From IMG/VR virus record IMGVR_UViG_2531839665_000020, positions 1 through 26,759 of that record: DNA of 26,759 nt. The stretch is one strand, 5' to 3'. Position numbers and translations under genes: made by a program. Under the pieces are notes generated by a model. The model saw only the letters and a program-made list of their open reading frames with translations. It searched no databases and was not told the DNA's origin. Of the stretch, positions 1 to 8,031 are shown piece by piece. Each line of letters starts with the position of its first letter. Position 1 is the stretch's first letter. Origin of the DNA: a virus (Duplodnaviria > Heunggongvirae > Uroviricota > Caudoviricetes).

Positions 1-381
1 ATGCAGAAAAATGTGACTCCCGGCAGGCGAAAAGGCTGCCCTAATTATCCTCCCGAATTTAAACAGCAGCTCGTTGCTGCCTCCTGTGAACCCGGGATAT
101 CCATCTCAAAACTTGCTCTTGAAAATGGCATTAACGCCAATCTGTTGTTCAAATGGCGACAACAATGGCGCGAGGGAAAGCTGCTATTACCTTCTTCAGA
201 GAGCCCCCAGCTACTTCCTGTGACTCTCGATGCAGCTGCCGAACAGCCAGAATCGCTCGCAGAGGACCCGGAAACCCTCAGTATCAGCTGTGAGGTAACG
301 TTCCGGCACGGGACGCTCCGCTTCAATGGCAATGTCAGCGAAAAGCTCCTGACTCTGCTGATACAGGAACTGAAGCGATGA
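1..381 (+). CDS. IS66-family accessory protein orfA (TnpA-like)
   Basis: 126-aa ORF starting at base 1; N-terminal helix-turn-helix-like region (KQQLVAASCEPGISISKLALENGINANLLFKWRQQW) typical of IS66 orfA; stop overlaps the orfB start (ATGA at 378-381). Confidence 0.85.
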   Translation: MQKNVTPGRRKGCPNYPPEFKQQLVAASCEPGISISKLALENGINANLLFKWRQQWREGKLLLPSSESPQLLPVTLDAAAEQPESLAEDPETLSISCEVTFRHGTLRFNGNVSEKLLTLLIQELKR

Positions 382-725
382 TCCCGTTACCTTCCGGGAC
401 CAAAATTTGGCTGGTTGCCGGTATCACCGATATGAGAAATGGCTTCAACGGCCTGGCTGCGAAAGTACAGACGGCGCTGAAAGACGATCCCATGTCCGGC
501 CATGTTTTCATTTTCCGGGGCCGCAGCGGCAGTCAGGTTAAACTGCTGTGGTCCACCGGTGACGGGCTGTGCCTCCTGACCAAACGGCTGGAGCGTGGGC
601 GCTTCGCCTGGCCGTCAGCCCGTGATGGCAAAGTGTTCCTTACGCAGGCGCAGCTGGCGATGCTGCTGGAAGGTATCGACTGGCGACAGCCTAAGCGGCT
701 GCTGACCTCCCTGACCATGCTGTAA
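378..725 (+). CDS. IS66-family orfB (TnpB)
   Basis: 115-aa ORF with IS66 TnpB signature ([22 protein letters not shown] ... FIFRGRSG); translationally coupled to orfA. Confidence 0.9.
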   Translation: MIPLPSGTKIWLVAGITDMRNGFNGLAAKVQTALKDDPMSGHVFIFRGRSGSQVKLLWSTGDGLCLLTKRLERGRFAWPSARDGKVFLTQAQLAMLLEGIDWRQPKRLLTSLTML

Positions 726-774
726 ATCTCTTTATCCTGGTTGTCACAGAATAAGCCCGGTAAAATACGGGCTT

Positions 775-2313
775 ATGAACGACATCTCTTCTGACGACAT
801 CTTCCTGCTGAAACAGCGCCTGGCCGAACAGGAAGCGCTGATCCACGCCCTGCAGGAAAAGCTGAGCAACCGGGAGCGCGAAATAGACCATCTGCAGGCG
901 CAGCTGGATAAACTCCGCCGGATGAACTTCGGCAGTCGTTCCGAAAAAGTCTCCCGCCGTATCGCACAAATGGAAGCCGATCTGAACCGGCTTCAGAAAG
1001 AGAGCGATACGCTGACTGGTAGGGTGTATGACCCGGCAGTACAGCGTCCGTTGCGTCAGACCCGCACCCGTAAGCCGTTCCCTGAATCACTACCCCGTGA
1101 CGAAAAGCGACTGTTGCCTGCGGCGCCGTGCTGCCCGAACTGCGGCGGTTCACTGAGCTATCTGGGCGAGGATACCGCCGAACAGCTGGAGTTGATGCGT
1201 AGCGCCTTCCGGGTTATCCGGACGGTACGGGAAAAACATGCCTGTACTCAGTGCGATGCCATCGTGCAGGCACCTGCACCTTCGCGGCCCATCGAGCGGG
1301 GTATCGCCGGACCGGGGCTGCTGGCCCGCGTGCTGACCTCGAAGTATGCAGAGCACACCCCGCTGTATCGCCAGTCAGAAATATACGGCCGGCAAGGTGT
1401 GGAGCTGAGGCGTTCACTGCTGTCGGGCTGGGTGGATGCATGCTGCCGGCTGCTGTCTCCGCTGGAAGAGGCGCTTCATGGCTATGTCATGACTGACGGC
1501 AAACTCCATGCCGATGATACCCCGGTCCAGGTACTGCTGCCGGGTAATAAGAAGACGAAGACCGGGCGGTTGTGGGCGTATGTTCGTGATGACCGCAATG
1601 CAGGGTCAGCGTTGGCACCTGCAGTGTGGTTCGCTTACAGCCCGGACAGAAAAGGCATCCATCCGCAGACTCATCTTGCCTGCTTCAGCGGTGTGCTGCA
1701 AGCGGATGCGTACGCCGGGTTCAACGAGCTGTATCGCAATGGTGGGATAACGGAAGCTGCCTGCTGGGCTCATGCCCGCCGAAAGATCCACGATGTGCAC
1801 GTCCGCATCCCGTCAGCACTGACGGAAGAAGCCCTGGAGCAGATCGGTCAGTTGTACGCCATAGAGGCGGATATAAGGGGAATGCCGGCAGAGCAGCGGC
1901 TTGCTGAACGTCAGCGAAAAACGAAACCGTTGTTGAAATCCCTGGAAAGCTGGTTGCGTGAAAAGATGAAGACCCTGTCGCGACACTCAGAGTTGGCGAA
2001 GGCGTTCGCGTACGCACTTAACCAGTGGCCGGCACTGACGTACTATGCGAACGATGGCTGGGTGGAAATCGACAACAACATCGCTGAAAATGCCCTGCGG
2101 GCGGTCAGTCTGGGTCGTAAAAACTTCCTGTTCTTCGGCTCTGATCATGGTGGTGAGCGGGGAGCGCTACTGTACAGCCTGATCGGGACGTGCAAACTGA
2201 ATGACGTGGATCCAGAAAGCTACCTTCGCCATGTGCTTGGCGTCATAGCAGACTGGCCGGTCAACCGGGTCAGCGAACTGCTTCCGTGGCGCATAGCACT
2301 GCCAGCTGAATAA
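775..2313 (+). CDS. IS66-family transposase (orfC)
   Basis: 512-aa ORF with N-terminal leucine-rich coiled coil, CxxC...CxxC zinc-finger region and DDE-type core, following orfA/orfB as in IS66. Confidence 0.9.
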   Translation: MNDISSDDIFLLKQRLAEQEALIHALQEKLSNREREIDHLQAQLDKLRRMNFGSRSEKVSRRIAQMEADLNRLQKESDTLTGRVYDPAVQRPLRQTRTRKPFPESLPRDEKRLLPAAPCCPNCGGSLSYLGEDTAEQLELMRSAFRVIRTVREKHACTQCDAIVQAPAPSRPIERGIAGPGLLARVLTSKYAEHTPLYRQSEIYGRQGVELRRSLLSGWVDACCRLLSPLEEALHGYVMTDGKLHADDTPVQVLLPGNKKTKTGRLWAYVRDDRNAGSALAPAVWFAYSPDRKGIHPQTHLACFSGVLQADAYAGFNELYRNGGITEAACWAHARRKIHDVHVRIPSALTEEALEQIGQLYAIEADIRGMPAEQRLAERQRKTKPLLKSLESWLREKMKTLSRHSELAKAFAYALNQWPALTYYANDGWVEIDNNIAENALRAVSLGRKNFLFFGSDHGGERGALLYSLIGTCKLNDVDPESYLRHVLGVIADWPVNRVSELLPWRIALPAE

Positions 2314-2396
2314 CACATCCCCGTCAATACGGCCCTCGCTGTACGCTTACGGTATTTCTGACTCATGGCCGTTTTTATAATGCGGCCAGGTGTTTT

Positions 2397-2747
2397 TTAC
2401 AACATTGTCAGGGCGTTAAGGCGGGATGTTTTTGGCTGACGCCAGTCCAGCTTATCGAGGAGCATTGCCAGTTGCGAGCGGGTAATGGATACCTTACCGT
2501 CACGCACCGCAGGCCAGATAAACTGGCCTTCCTCCAGGCGTTTGGTGAACAGGCACAGACCATCAGCATCAGCCCAAAGAATTTTAACGGTGTCCCCCCG
2601 TCGGCCACGGAAGATAAACAGGTGACCGGAGAAGGGATTATCATTCAGCACATGTTGTACCTGTTCTCCCAGTCCGTTGAAGGATTTACACATATCGGTA
2701 ACGCCGGCAACGAGCCAGATACGGGTACCTGATGGGAGTGAAATCAT
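2397..2747 (-). CDS. IS66-family orfB (TnpB), second copy
   Basis: 116 aa, MISLPSGTRIWLVAGVTDMCKSFNGL..., clearly paralogous to the 378..725 product but diverged. Confidence 0.85.
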   Translation of the reverse strand: MISLPSGTRIWLVAGVTDMCKSFNGLGEQVQHVLNDNPFSGHLFIFRGRRGDTVKILWADADGLCLFTKRLEEGQFIWPAVRDGKVSITRSQLAMLLDKLDWRQPKTSRLNALTML

Positions 2748-3169
2748 CTTCCCCTCCCGCTCAGTTCGCGGATTAACATCGTGAGCAGCTCTGGCGATGG
2801 ATTTTCCAGCGTCATGTTACCGTGACGGAATTCCACCTTGCAGGAACTGGCACTGACTCTGGTCTGAGTGGAAGTGGATAAAGACGGCGCAATGGCCGCC
2901 ACAGGTTCTTTCTGCTCATCCGGCGTTATTTCTACAGGTAATAATTCAACGCCAGTGTCAGAAGAGGTTGTTACCGGAAGACGCCGCGAAACATGCCCTT
3001 CGTTCTGCCAGAGCCTGAGCCATTTGAAAATAACATTATCATTGACGCCATTTTCTCGTGCAATCTGTGTAACACAAGCTCCAGGTTGTGATGCCAGTTC
3101 AACCATACGAAGTTTGAATTCATTCGAATACTTTTTACGAGGTTCTTTTCGCCAGTCCTGTAATTCCAT
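2744..3169 (-). CDS. IS66-family orfA, second copy
   Basis: 141 aa with the same HTH-like motif (EFKLRMVELASQPGACVTQIARENGVNDNVIFKWLRLW); ATGA-type overlap with downstream orfB. Confidence 0.8.
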   Translation of the reverse strand: MELQDWRKEPRKKYSNEFKLRMVELASQPGACVTQIARENGVNDNVIFKWLRLWQNEGHVSRRLPVTTSSDTGVELLPVEITPDEQKEPVAAIAPSLSTSTQTRVSASSCKVEFRHGNMTLENPSPELLTMLIRELSGRGR

Positions 3170-3296
3170 ACTTAGATGTCCGTCTGTGTCAGATGGGCGT
3201 CTAAGTTACCAATTCTTGTCTAATGGCTACATACGGCGGTCGGTTTACGCTTACTCTAATTCGTCAGATTCTGACCAGACGGTTCAGGCTGTACGC

Positions 3297-3431
3297 TTAC
3301 GATTCTTTAGGCAGATAATAATTTTGATCAGCCCATTCAACTGCCGTCATTGGTACAACCCTGACCAGAGGCTGCAGCGCAACCGAAACGGCAGCCATCA
3401 TATTATTCAGTTGTTGCTCTGATATATTCAT
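3297..3431 (-). pseudogene. Terminase large subunit (gpA-like), N-terminal ~44 codons only, truncated by IS66 insertion
   Basis: Translation MNISEQQLNN...PMTAVEWADQNYYLPKES matches the lambda gpA N-terminus pattern (MNIS...TAVEWADANYYLPKES); the reading frame runs into the IS66 terminus at 3300 and stops at 3297; start overlaps the 3' end of the Nu1-like gene. Confidence 0.7.
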
Positions 3432-3912
3432 CGAGTAAATCCGGTAATTTATCCCCTGCCCGCGCACACTGATTTGCCCCCTTAGCAATAAGGGTTTTCA
3501 GATGGTCAAGATGGCGCGGTGTTAAATCAGGAAACTGTCGCTGCATGGATAAAGGGATGGAATCAAGCGTACTGGATAACGCCATTGCCAGCTTACTGAG
3601 GGCAAAAATACAGAACCCGGTGTCAATAAGTTTTCCTTTTGACACCTCATTTTTTAACTGCTGTGTAACAGCCTGTTCTGCTGTCAGTTCCCATCTGGCA
3701 ATAAGCAATTTCTCCTCATAGTCGTCTTCGCTATCGCCATCAGGCACATCGTTTTTACTTCTCCTCAGATACGATATGTAAAAATCGCGCCAGGCATCCA
3801 GATCCAGTTGCCCTCGCTTATTCGATATCGGGGCACCCGGCAATTTCTGCAATCTGCGAAGCTGGCGATCGGTCAGACTTAAATGCCTGGCAACTTCAGT
3901 CTGCGTAGCCAC
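3403..3912 (-). CDS. Terminase small subunit, Nu1-like
   Basis: 169 aa; C-terminal region (TGFCIFALSKLAMALSSTLDSIPLSMQRQFPDLTPRHLDHLK...LLDEYI) resembles Nu1/NohA; GTG start preceded by GAGGTGAGGA; cos site immediately upstream. Confidence 0.8.
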   Translation of the reverse strand: MATQTEVARHLSLTDRQLRRLQKLPGAPISNKRGQLDLDAWRDFYISYLRRSKNDVPDGDSEDDYEEKLLIARWELTAEQAVTQQLKNEVSKGKLIDTGFCIFALSKLAMALSSTLDSIPLSMQRQFPDLTPRHLDHLKTLIAKGANQCARAGDKLPDLLDEYIRATTE

Positions 3913-3954
3913 TCCTCACCTCGCAAAAACTCTCACCTCACAATCACAACAAAA

Positions 3955-4120
3955 CCGGTCATGTCCGGTTTACATGTCCGTTTTTTGCACATGTCCGGTT
4001 CACGGACAGCCTGTTTTTATATTTTTCATATAGTTAACTTGCAGAGAAACCGGACATGGATCCCGGAAAATTTTCATAAATAGCGAAAACCCGCGAGGTC
4101 GCCGCCCCGTAACCTGTCGG
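3955..4120 (-). other. cos site: cosN cohesive-end sequence (4096..4107) plus cosB-like repeated terminase-binding motifs (3955..4060)
   Basis: Reverse complement of 4052-4120 reads CCGACAGGTTACG/GGGCGGCGACCT/CGCGGGTTTTCGCTATTTATGAAAATTTTCCGG, matching the phage lambda right-end/left-end junction as I recall it; three direct CATGTCCG(G) repeats (3960, 3973, 3990) and one inverted copy (4050) lie between cosN and the Nu1-like gene. Confidence 0.85.
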
Positions 4121-4144
4121 ATCGCCGGAAAGGACCCGCAAAAA

Positions 4145-4159
4145 TGATAATAATTATCA
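4145..4159. promoter_or_regulatory. Perfect 7-1-7 palindrome TGATAATAATTATCA (Fur-box-like hexamer content)
   Basis: Inverted repeat read directly from sequence, about 150 bp upstream of the 4308 ORF and 40 bp from cosN. Confidence 0.3.
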
Positions 4160-4307
4160 TCTACATGTCACAACGTGCATCTACGCCATCAAACCACGTC
4201 AAATAATTAATTATGACGCAGGTATCGTATTAATTGATCTGCATCAACTTAACGTAAAAACAACTTCAGACAATACAAATCAGCGACACTGAATACGGGG
4301 CAACCTC

Positions 4308-4532
4308 ATGTCAACGAAGAACAGAACCCGCAGAAAAACAACCCGCAACATCCGCTTTCCTAACCAAATGATTGAACAAATTAACATCGCTCTTGATCAG
4401 AAAGGTTCAGGTAATTTTTCAGCGTGGGTTATTGAAGCCTGCAGAAGAAGATTAATTAATGAAAAACATGCTCAATTTGTACCCAACAAAGACAAACACG
4501 ACCAGAGCACCTGTTCAGACAGGTTTACTTAA
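4308..4532 (+). CDS. Small basic hypothetical protein (possible DNA-binding)
   Basis: 74-aa ORF, Arg/Lys-rich N-terminus (MSTKNRTRRKTTRNIRFPNQ); transcribed opposite to the late operon; no family recognised with confidence. Confidence 0.5.
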   Translation: MSTKNRTRRKTTRNIRFPNQMIEQINIALDQKGSGNFSAWVIEACRRRLINEKHAQFVPNKDKHDQSTCSDRFT

Positions 4533-4613
4533 ACGACTTATATATGACACAAAAAGCGACCACTAAAGTCGCTTTTTCTTATGGTAACAGGCAATAACGC
4601 TCTCAGATATTTT

Positions 4614-4928
4614 TTAGCATTTTTTTGACCGCGCGTTTCCGGACGTATTCTGTTCTCCTGTCCCTTTATATCGTCGGAATACCCGCCGCTCTTCAAATCC
4701 CATTCCCAACTCAGAATGTAGTCTGTTGACCGCTTGTTTTATTTCGGTCAGGTTCACCGGTGAAACCGGAGTCCGGCGCGCCTTACGCAAACACTCTGCT
4801 CGTTTCTGTGCCGCCACTTTTCTTTTCTGGTCATCACTTAGCTGTACCATCACTTTTGCCCATCGTTCAGCTGCTCTCCGGTACAGTCCTTTTTTCTCCA
4901 GACATTCTGCCACGTGATCATGTAGCAT
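4614..4928 (-). CDS. PerC-family transcriptional regulator (Pch-like)
   Basis: 104 aa; motif LEKKGLYRRAAERWAKVM matches the PerC/Pch signature; ATG preceded by GGAGG; long A-tract-rich region upstream. Confidence 0.7.
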   Translation of the reverse strand: MLHDHVAECLEKKGLYRRAAERWAKVMVQLSDDQKRKVAAQKRAECLRKARRTPVSPVNLTEIKQAVNRLHSELGMGFEERRVFRRYKGTGEQNTSGNARSKKC

Positions 4929-5100
4929 AAGTGACCTCCGATTATCTACAGACTGCCATCCTGAATTTACCTTCCCTTAATGAAATAACAATAAAAAACA
5001 AACCACGCAAAAACAATAAAATAACACACAAAAAAAACTAAATAATAAACAAAAATAATCACCTTATTTTATTATTTTTTGAGGGGGCAATTACTGAACA
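4929..5100 (-). promoter_or_regulatory. AT-rich, A-tract-rich upstream region of the PerC-like gene (probable promoter / curved DNA)
   Basis: Dense A-tracts (e.g. 4980-5090) directly upstream of the gene; compositionally unlike flanking DNA. Confidence 0.4.
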
Positions 5101-5393
5101 AAAAACGCTGACTATATACTCAAAACCAAACAACTATTCTGCCAATCAGGTATCATGGCAACACACGGAATTACCGTGTTTTTGCCTTCTCTGCCCATAC
5201 AATACGGGCATATACTTCATACTCTATTGTAATATTTCTATCCATGCGCCCCACTCCATTTACCTGTAAATAATATTCAAAATATTTATCACAGAAATCG
5301 TTTTTGTCCATGAACTGAGCACACTATAAAGTCCGGAACTGACTCTTTGTTAAATTACCTTAACGTTACCAGTAACACCTTCATAACAAAACA

Positions 5394-5861
5394 TCACGGT
5401 ATACACTGGGTACGGATATATTCCTGTGCTCCTTCCAGTTGCTTCTGCATTGCCATCAGCCGTTCTCTGAGGATGAAATAATCCCGTTCAGCGGCTTCTG
5501 CCAGTCGGGGACCGGTTGCATTATCCACGCCGGAGGTGATGGGGGCTTTACGCAAGGAGCCTGGACAGTTGGCGTTGATGCGCAGGCGCTTACGACCAGC
5601 GGCAACATCAGCACGCAGAGTTTCATTTTCAGCTCTCGCATCGGCTAATTCCCTCGAGTATCTGGCATCAAGTGCAGCGACATCACGCTGGCGTACCTGC
5701 ATATCAGTAATTGTCACGTTCGCCAGCTTCAGCTCACTGGCTTTTTTATCGCGTTGCGCTTTGTAGGTAATGGCGTTATCGCGGTAATGATTCAGCCCCA
5801 GACTAAGCACACCACAGGCTACCAGCAGGACAATAATCACCACACACAGAACACGGTTCAT
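5394..5861 (-). CDS. Rz: Spanin inner-membrane subunit Rz
   Basis: 155 aa; N-terminal TM segment followed by [25 protein letters not shown]...[10 protein letters not shown], a close match to lambdoid Rz. Confidence 0.9.
   Translation of the reverse strand: MNRVLCVVIIVLLVACGVLSLGLNHYRDNAITYKAQRDKKASELKLANVTITDMQVRQRDVAALDARYSRELADARAENETLRADVAAGRKRLRINANCPGSLRKAPITSGVDNATGPRLAEAAERDYFILRERLMAMQKQLEGAQEYIRTQCIP
5456..5641 (-). CDS. Rz1: Spanin outer-membrane lipoprotein Rz1 (embedded in Rz, +1 frame)
   Basis: 61-aa ORF nested in Rz; lipoprotein signal (LPLVVSAC) then Pro-rich stretch ([16 protein letters not shown]) typical of Rz1; exact start (M1 vs M6) uncertain. Confidence 0.75.
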   Translation of the reverse strand: MRELKMKLCVLMLPLVVSACASTPTVQAPCVKPPSPPAWIMQPVPDWQKPLNGIISSSENG

Positions 5862-6012
5862 ATCCCCCTCACCCCACCAGCCATGACAAAGTTAAGACGC
5901 GCCAGGCAGTGGAAAAGCAAATAGCAACCAGCATTAGTGAAAATGAAATGCCGACGATTACACAGAGGATCTTCGCCAGCGTTATGAGCTTGTCTGACAT
6001 GCTTAATCCTCT

Positions 6013-6195
6013 TCACGATTTCAACGCAATGACCAGTTTTGCCAGCCCATACAGCATCGGAGACACAGCAATACCGACCGCCACCCACTTAATAGCAAAA
6101 GCCAGCGCTCTGCTGACGTCATCAGTTACAGGCGCTTTCAGTTCAAGGCCGTTTTTCATAGTCAATCTCAACAGAATTCGTTTATACTTTCCCAT
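6013..6195 (-). CDS. Small membrane protein (60 aa), unassigned, between R and Rz
   Basis: ATG at 6195 preceded by GGGAGAA; Lys-rich N-terminus and one C-terminal hydrophobic helix (IKWVAVGIAVSPMLYGLAKLVIAL); the longer ORF-track version (6013..6273) would read through the terminator hairpin, so the internal start is preferred. Confidence 0.4.
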   Translation of the reverse strand: MGKYKRILLRLTMKNGLELKAPVTDDVSRALAFAIKWVAVGIAVSPMLYGLAKLVIALKS

Positions 6196-6227
6196 GTTCT
6201 CCCTTGCCTTACTCAAGGTCAGAAACA

Positions 6228-6267
6228 CAAAACCCCGTTTGCGGCCAACAAACGGGGTTTTACTTTT
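6228..6267. terminator. Bidirectional rho-independent terminator
   Basis: Perfect 9-bp stem CCCCGTTTG / CAAACGGGG (6233-6241, 6249-6257) with 7-nt loop, A-run upstream and T-run downstream, so U-tract on either strand. Confidence 0.6.
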
Positions 6268-6350
6268 ATTCACTTAGTTTTTGCCAGTTCGCAGGATTTC
6301 GTGTTATCCGCCCGCGTTGGCCAACGTCATTTTTCAGCAAAATATTCTGC

Positions 6351-6884
6351 TTATCTGTCAATTCCCCAGCACGCCAGTGCACTTTCCTGGTCTCGCCGGG
6401 ATACCTGACCGTAGCAATTATTTGAGCGGATACGGCAGTCTCTGCCACCGTCCTTAATCCACCAGCGAATCGCTTCGCAGGCACCTTTTCGATCACCTGC
6501 ATTAATCCGTCTGTAAAACGTAGACGGGAAACACTTACCGGGGCCAATGTTATAAGGACAAAATGACGCGATACCCGCCTTCTGGGGTTCGGTCAGCGGT
6601 ACTTTAATATTGCGCTCCACCCACTCCAGCGCCTTATCACGTTCAATGGCGTTAACCTGGTCGCACTTTTCCTTCGATAACTTCATACCCGGGACGACAG
6701 GCTTACCATCCACTCGGGTGGCACCGCGGCAGATGGTCCAGATCCCCGCACCATCACGGTATGCCGTGGTGTGGTTACCTTCTTTTTCGTCAAGAAACTG
6801 GTCGAGGATTTCAGGCGCAGACGTCCCTGCACCAATCAGCGCCAGAACGGCAGCCGACAGGCCGTATCTGATTTTTGCGTTCAT
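6351..6884 (-). CDS. R: Endolysin R, SAR-type lysozyme (T4-lysozyme-like fold)
   Basis: 177 aa; N-terminal signal-anchor-release-like segment (YGLSAAVLALIGAGTSAP) and catalytic E/D/T region (EGNHTTAYRDGAGIWTI) as in phage 21 R. Confidence 0.9.
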   Translation of the reverse strand: MNAKIRYGLSAAVLALIGAGTSAPEILDQFLDEKEGNHTTAYRDGAGIWTICRGATRVDGKPVVPGMKLSKEKCDQVNAIERDKALEWVERNIKVPLTEPQKAGIASFCPYNIGPGKCFPSTFYRRINAGDRKGACEAIRWWIKDGGRDCRIRSNNCYGQVSRRDQESALACWGIDR

Positions 6885-7009
6885 GGATATTTATCAGGAT
6901 TTATCGGTTCCGGACCCCTGGATATGTTAAGTCTTCAGCCCGCCGGTGGTGGGCACTGGCGTAAACCCAACAATGTGAGATGGCTGCCTCGCAAAGATAA
7001 TGAACAGAT

Positions 7010-7273
7010 ATGAATGAAGAAAATACAGCGCTTTTTGACAGAATTTTCACTCTTGAGTTACAGGTCGGTTTTCTTCTCCCAAAGATAATCAAAGCCATGG
7101 ATGCACTTGGTAAGAATAACGCTGTGTCAGATTACCTGATCGCCGAAATGGAACATCTCATTAAAGAAATACCAAAGACCGATGCTCGTGATGATAAAAG
7201 ATTCCTCAGGGCTGCTGAAAATGCTCTTTCAACAGTGAAGCGCAGTTCAGGCGCGCAGCTAATTCAAGAATAG
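7010..7273 (+). CDS. Hypothetical protein (87 aa), convergent with the 7206..7736 gene
   Basis: AT-rich ORF with protein-like helical composition; weak SD; 3' end overlaps the opposite-strand gene by 68 bp. Confidence 0.45.
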   Translation: MNEENTALFDRIFTLELQVGFLLPKIIKAMDALGKNNAVSDYLIAEMEHLIKEIPKTDARDDKRFLRAAENALSTVKRSSGAQLIQE

Positions 7274-7736
7274 TTTCTTTCATTTCATCTGCTGCAAGCA
7301 CCTCATTTTTTGTTGGGGTGCTTTTTTTCAATTCAGTAACACAGCACTCCAGTTTTTCAATACGTGATTCAACATCATCTTTTTCTGACCGCAGTGTTGA
7401 CGGCGGCATCTTCAGAGAACAAGTAATTCTTCCCGGTAGCTTTCCTTTGTAGGTTATCAACACATCCTGCGCCTCTAAAATTACGGGGCGATTTTCCGGC
7501 AACGGACCATCCCCTTCACATAACCCGGCAGCAACATCCATGAAAAACTGCTTCGCCTGCTTTTTCGCCTCAGCTTCGTAAAACTCCAGCGTGGCACCTT
7601 CAGTACGGTCAAGACTAATCGCCACATCTGGCAACAACAGTGACGGATACCCACCAATTTCCAGTGCCACAGTAACAGTAATCTTATCCGGGTAATTATT
7701 TATCCCTTTAACAACCAGTTCGTATTTTTTCTTCAT
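7206..7736 (-). CDS. Hypothetical protein (176 aa) inserted between holin and endolysin
   Basis: ATG 5 bp downstream of the holin stop with GGAGAG SD (translationally coupled to S); lower-GC codon usage than flanking lysis genes; no domain recognised. Confidence 0.65.
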   Translation of the reverse strand: MKKKYELVVKGINNYPDKITVTVALEIGGYPSLLLPDVAISLDRTEGATLEFYEAEAKKQAKQFFMDVAAGLCEGDGPLPENRPVILEAQDVLITYKGKLPGRITCSLKMPPSTLRSEKDDVESRIEKLECCVTELKKSTPTKNEVLAADEMKETILELAARLNCASLLKEHFQQP

Positions 7737-7740
7737 CGCT

Positions 7741-7956
7741 TTACTCTCCCCGCGCCGCCTTACGACGGTCCTCTCTGATTTTGAAATACAGGTTAGTCAG
7801 ATATGTCAGCAGCCCAAACAGCAGACTCCCCAGCACGCCTATTGCCGCCCACTGAGACGGAGAGACTTTGTCCAGCAGCTGCAGGAACCAGTAGCCCGTT
7901 CCCACCGCTGACGTGGTGTATGACACACCTGTTGTGATTTTTTCCATCTGGTACAT
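7741..7956 (-). CDS. S: Class II holin / pinholin S (phage 21 S-like) with dual-start motif
   Basis: 71 aa [71 protein letters not shown], very close to S21; Met1/Met4 dual start. Confidence 0.9.
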   Translation of the reverse strand: MYQMEKITTGVSYTTSAVGTGYWFLQLLDKVSPSQWAAIGVLGSLLFGLLTYLTNLYFKIREDRRKAARGE

Positions 7957-8031
7957 ACCCCGTCTCTCGCAATCCGGAAGCTCACAACAACAGGAGGGGC
8001 ATCAGCTCACACCGACAGCCCCTGCGCATGG

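Larger units (their letters stand above)
1..2350 (+). mobile_element. IS66-family insertion sequence, copy 1 (left end lies outside the window)
   Basis: Canonical IS66 gene order orfA-orfB-orfC on the + strand; right terminus ends ...GCTGTACGCTTAC at 2350, i.e. GTAAGCG-type IS66 end on the opposite strand. Confidence 0.8.
2351..3300 (-). mobile_element. IS66-family element, copy 2 (orfA+orfB only, orfC absent; truncated or interrupted by copy 1)
   Basis: orfA and orfB homologs on the - strand; outer terminus at 3300 carries the same ...GCTGTACGCTTAC end as copy 1 (3288-3300 vs 2338-2350); only 47 bp separate orfB stop (2397) from the end of copy 1, so no orfC. Confidence 0.7.

Noticed and set aside
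1150-2017. Several 60-130-aa ORFs on both strands inside the IS66 transposase gene
   Set aside because: All overlap the clearly coding orfC frame in GC-rich DNA and have Arg/Ala/Pro-rich shadow composition.
2868-3422. 184-aa + strand ORF across the second IS66 copy
   Set aside because: Antisense to the IS66 orfA gene; Ser/Cys-rich non-protein-like composition; interpreted as a shadow ORF.
5173-5313. 46-codon - strand ORF (MDKNDFCDKYFEYYLQVNG...) between the PerC-like gene and Rz
   Set aside because: No convincing SD and no recognised homology; could be real but support is insufficient to call.
5909-6277. 122-aa + strand ORF between R and Rz
   Set aside because: Antisense to the better-supported 60-aa - strand ORF, runs through the terminator hairpin, and has Ser/Thr-rich low-complexity composition.
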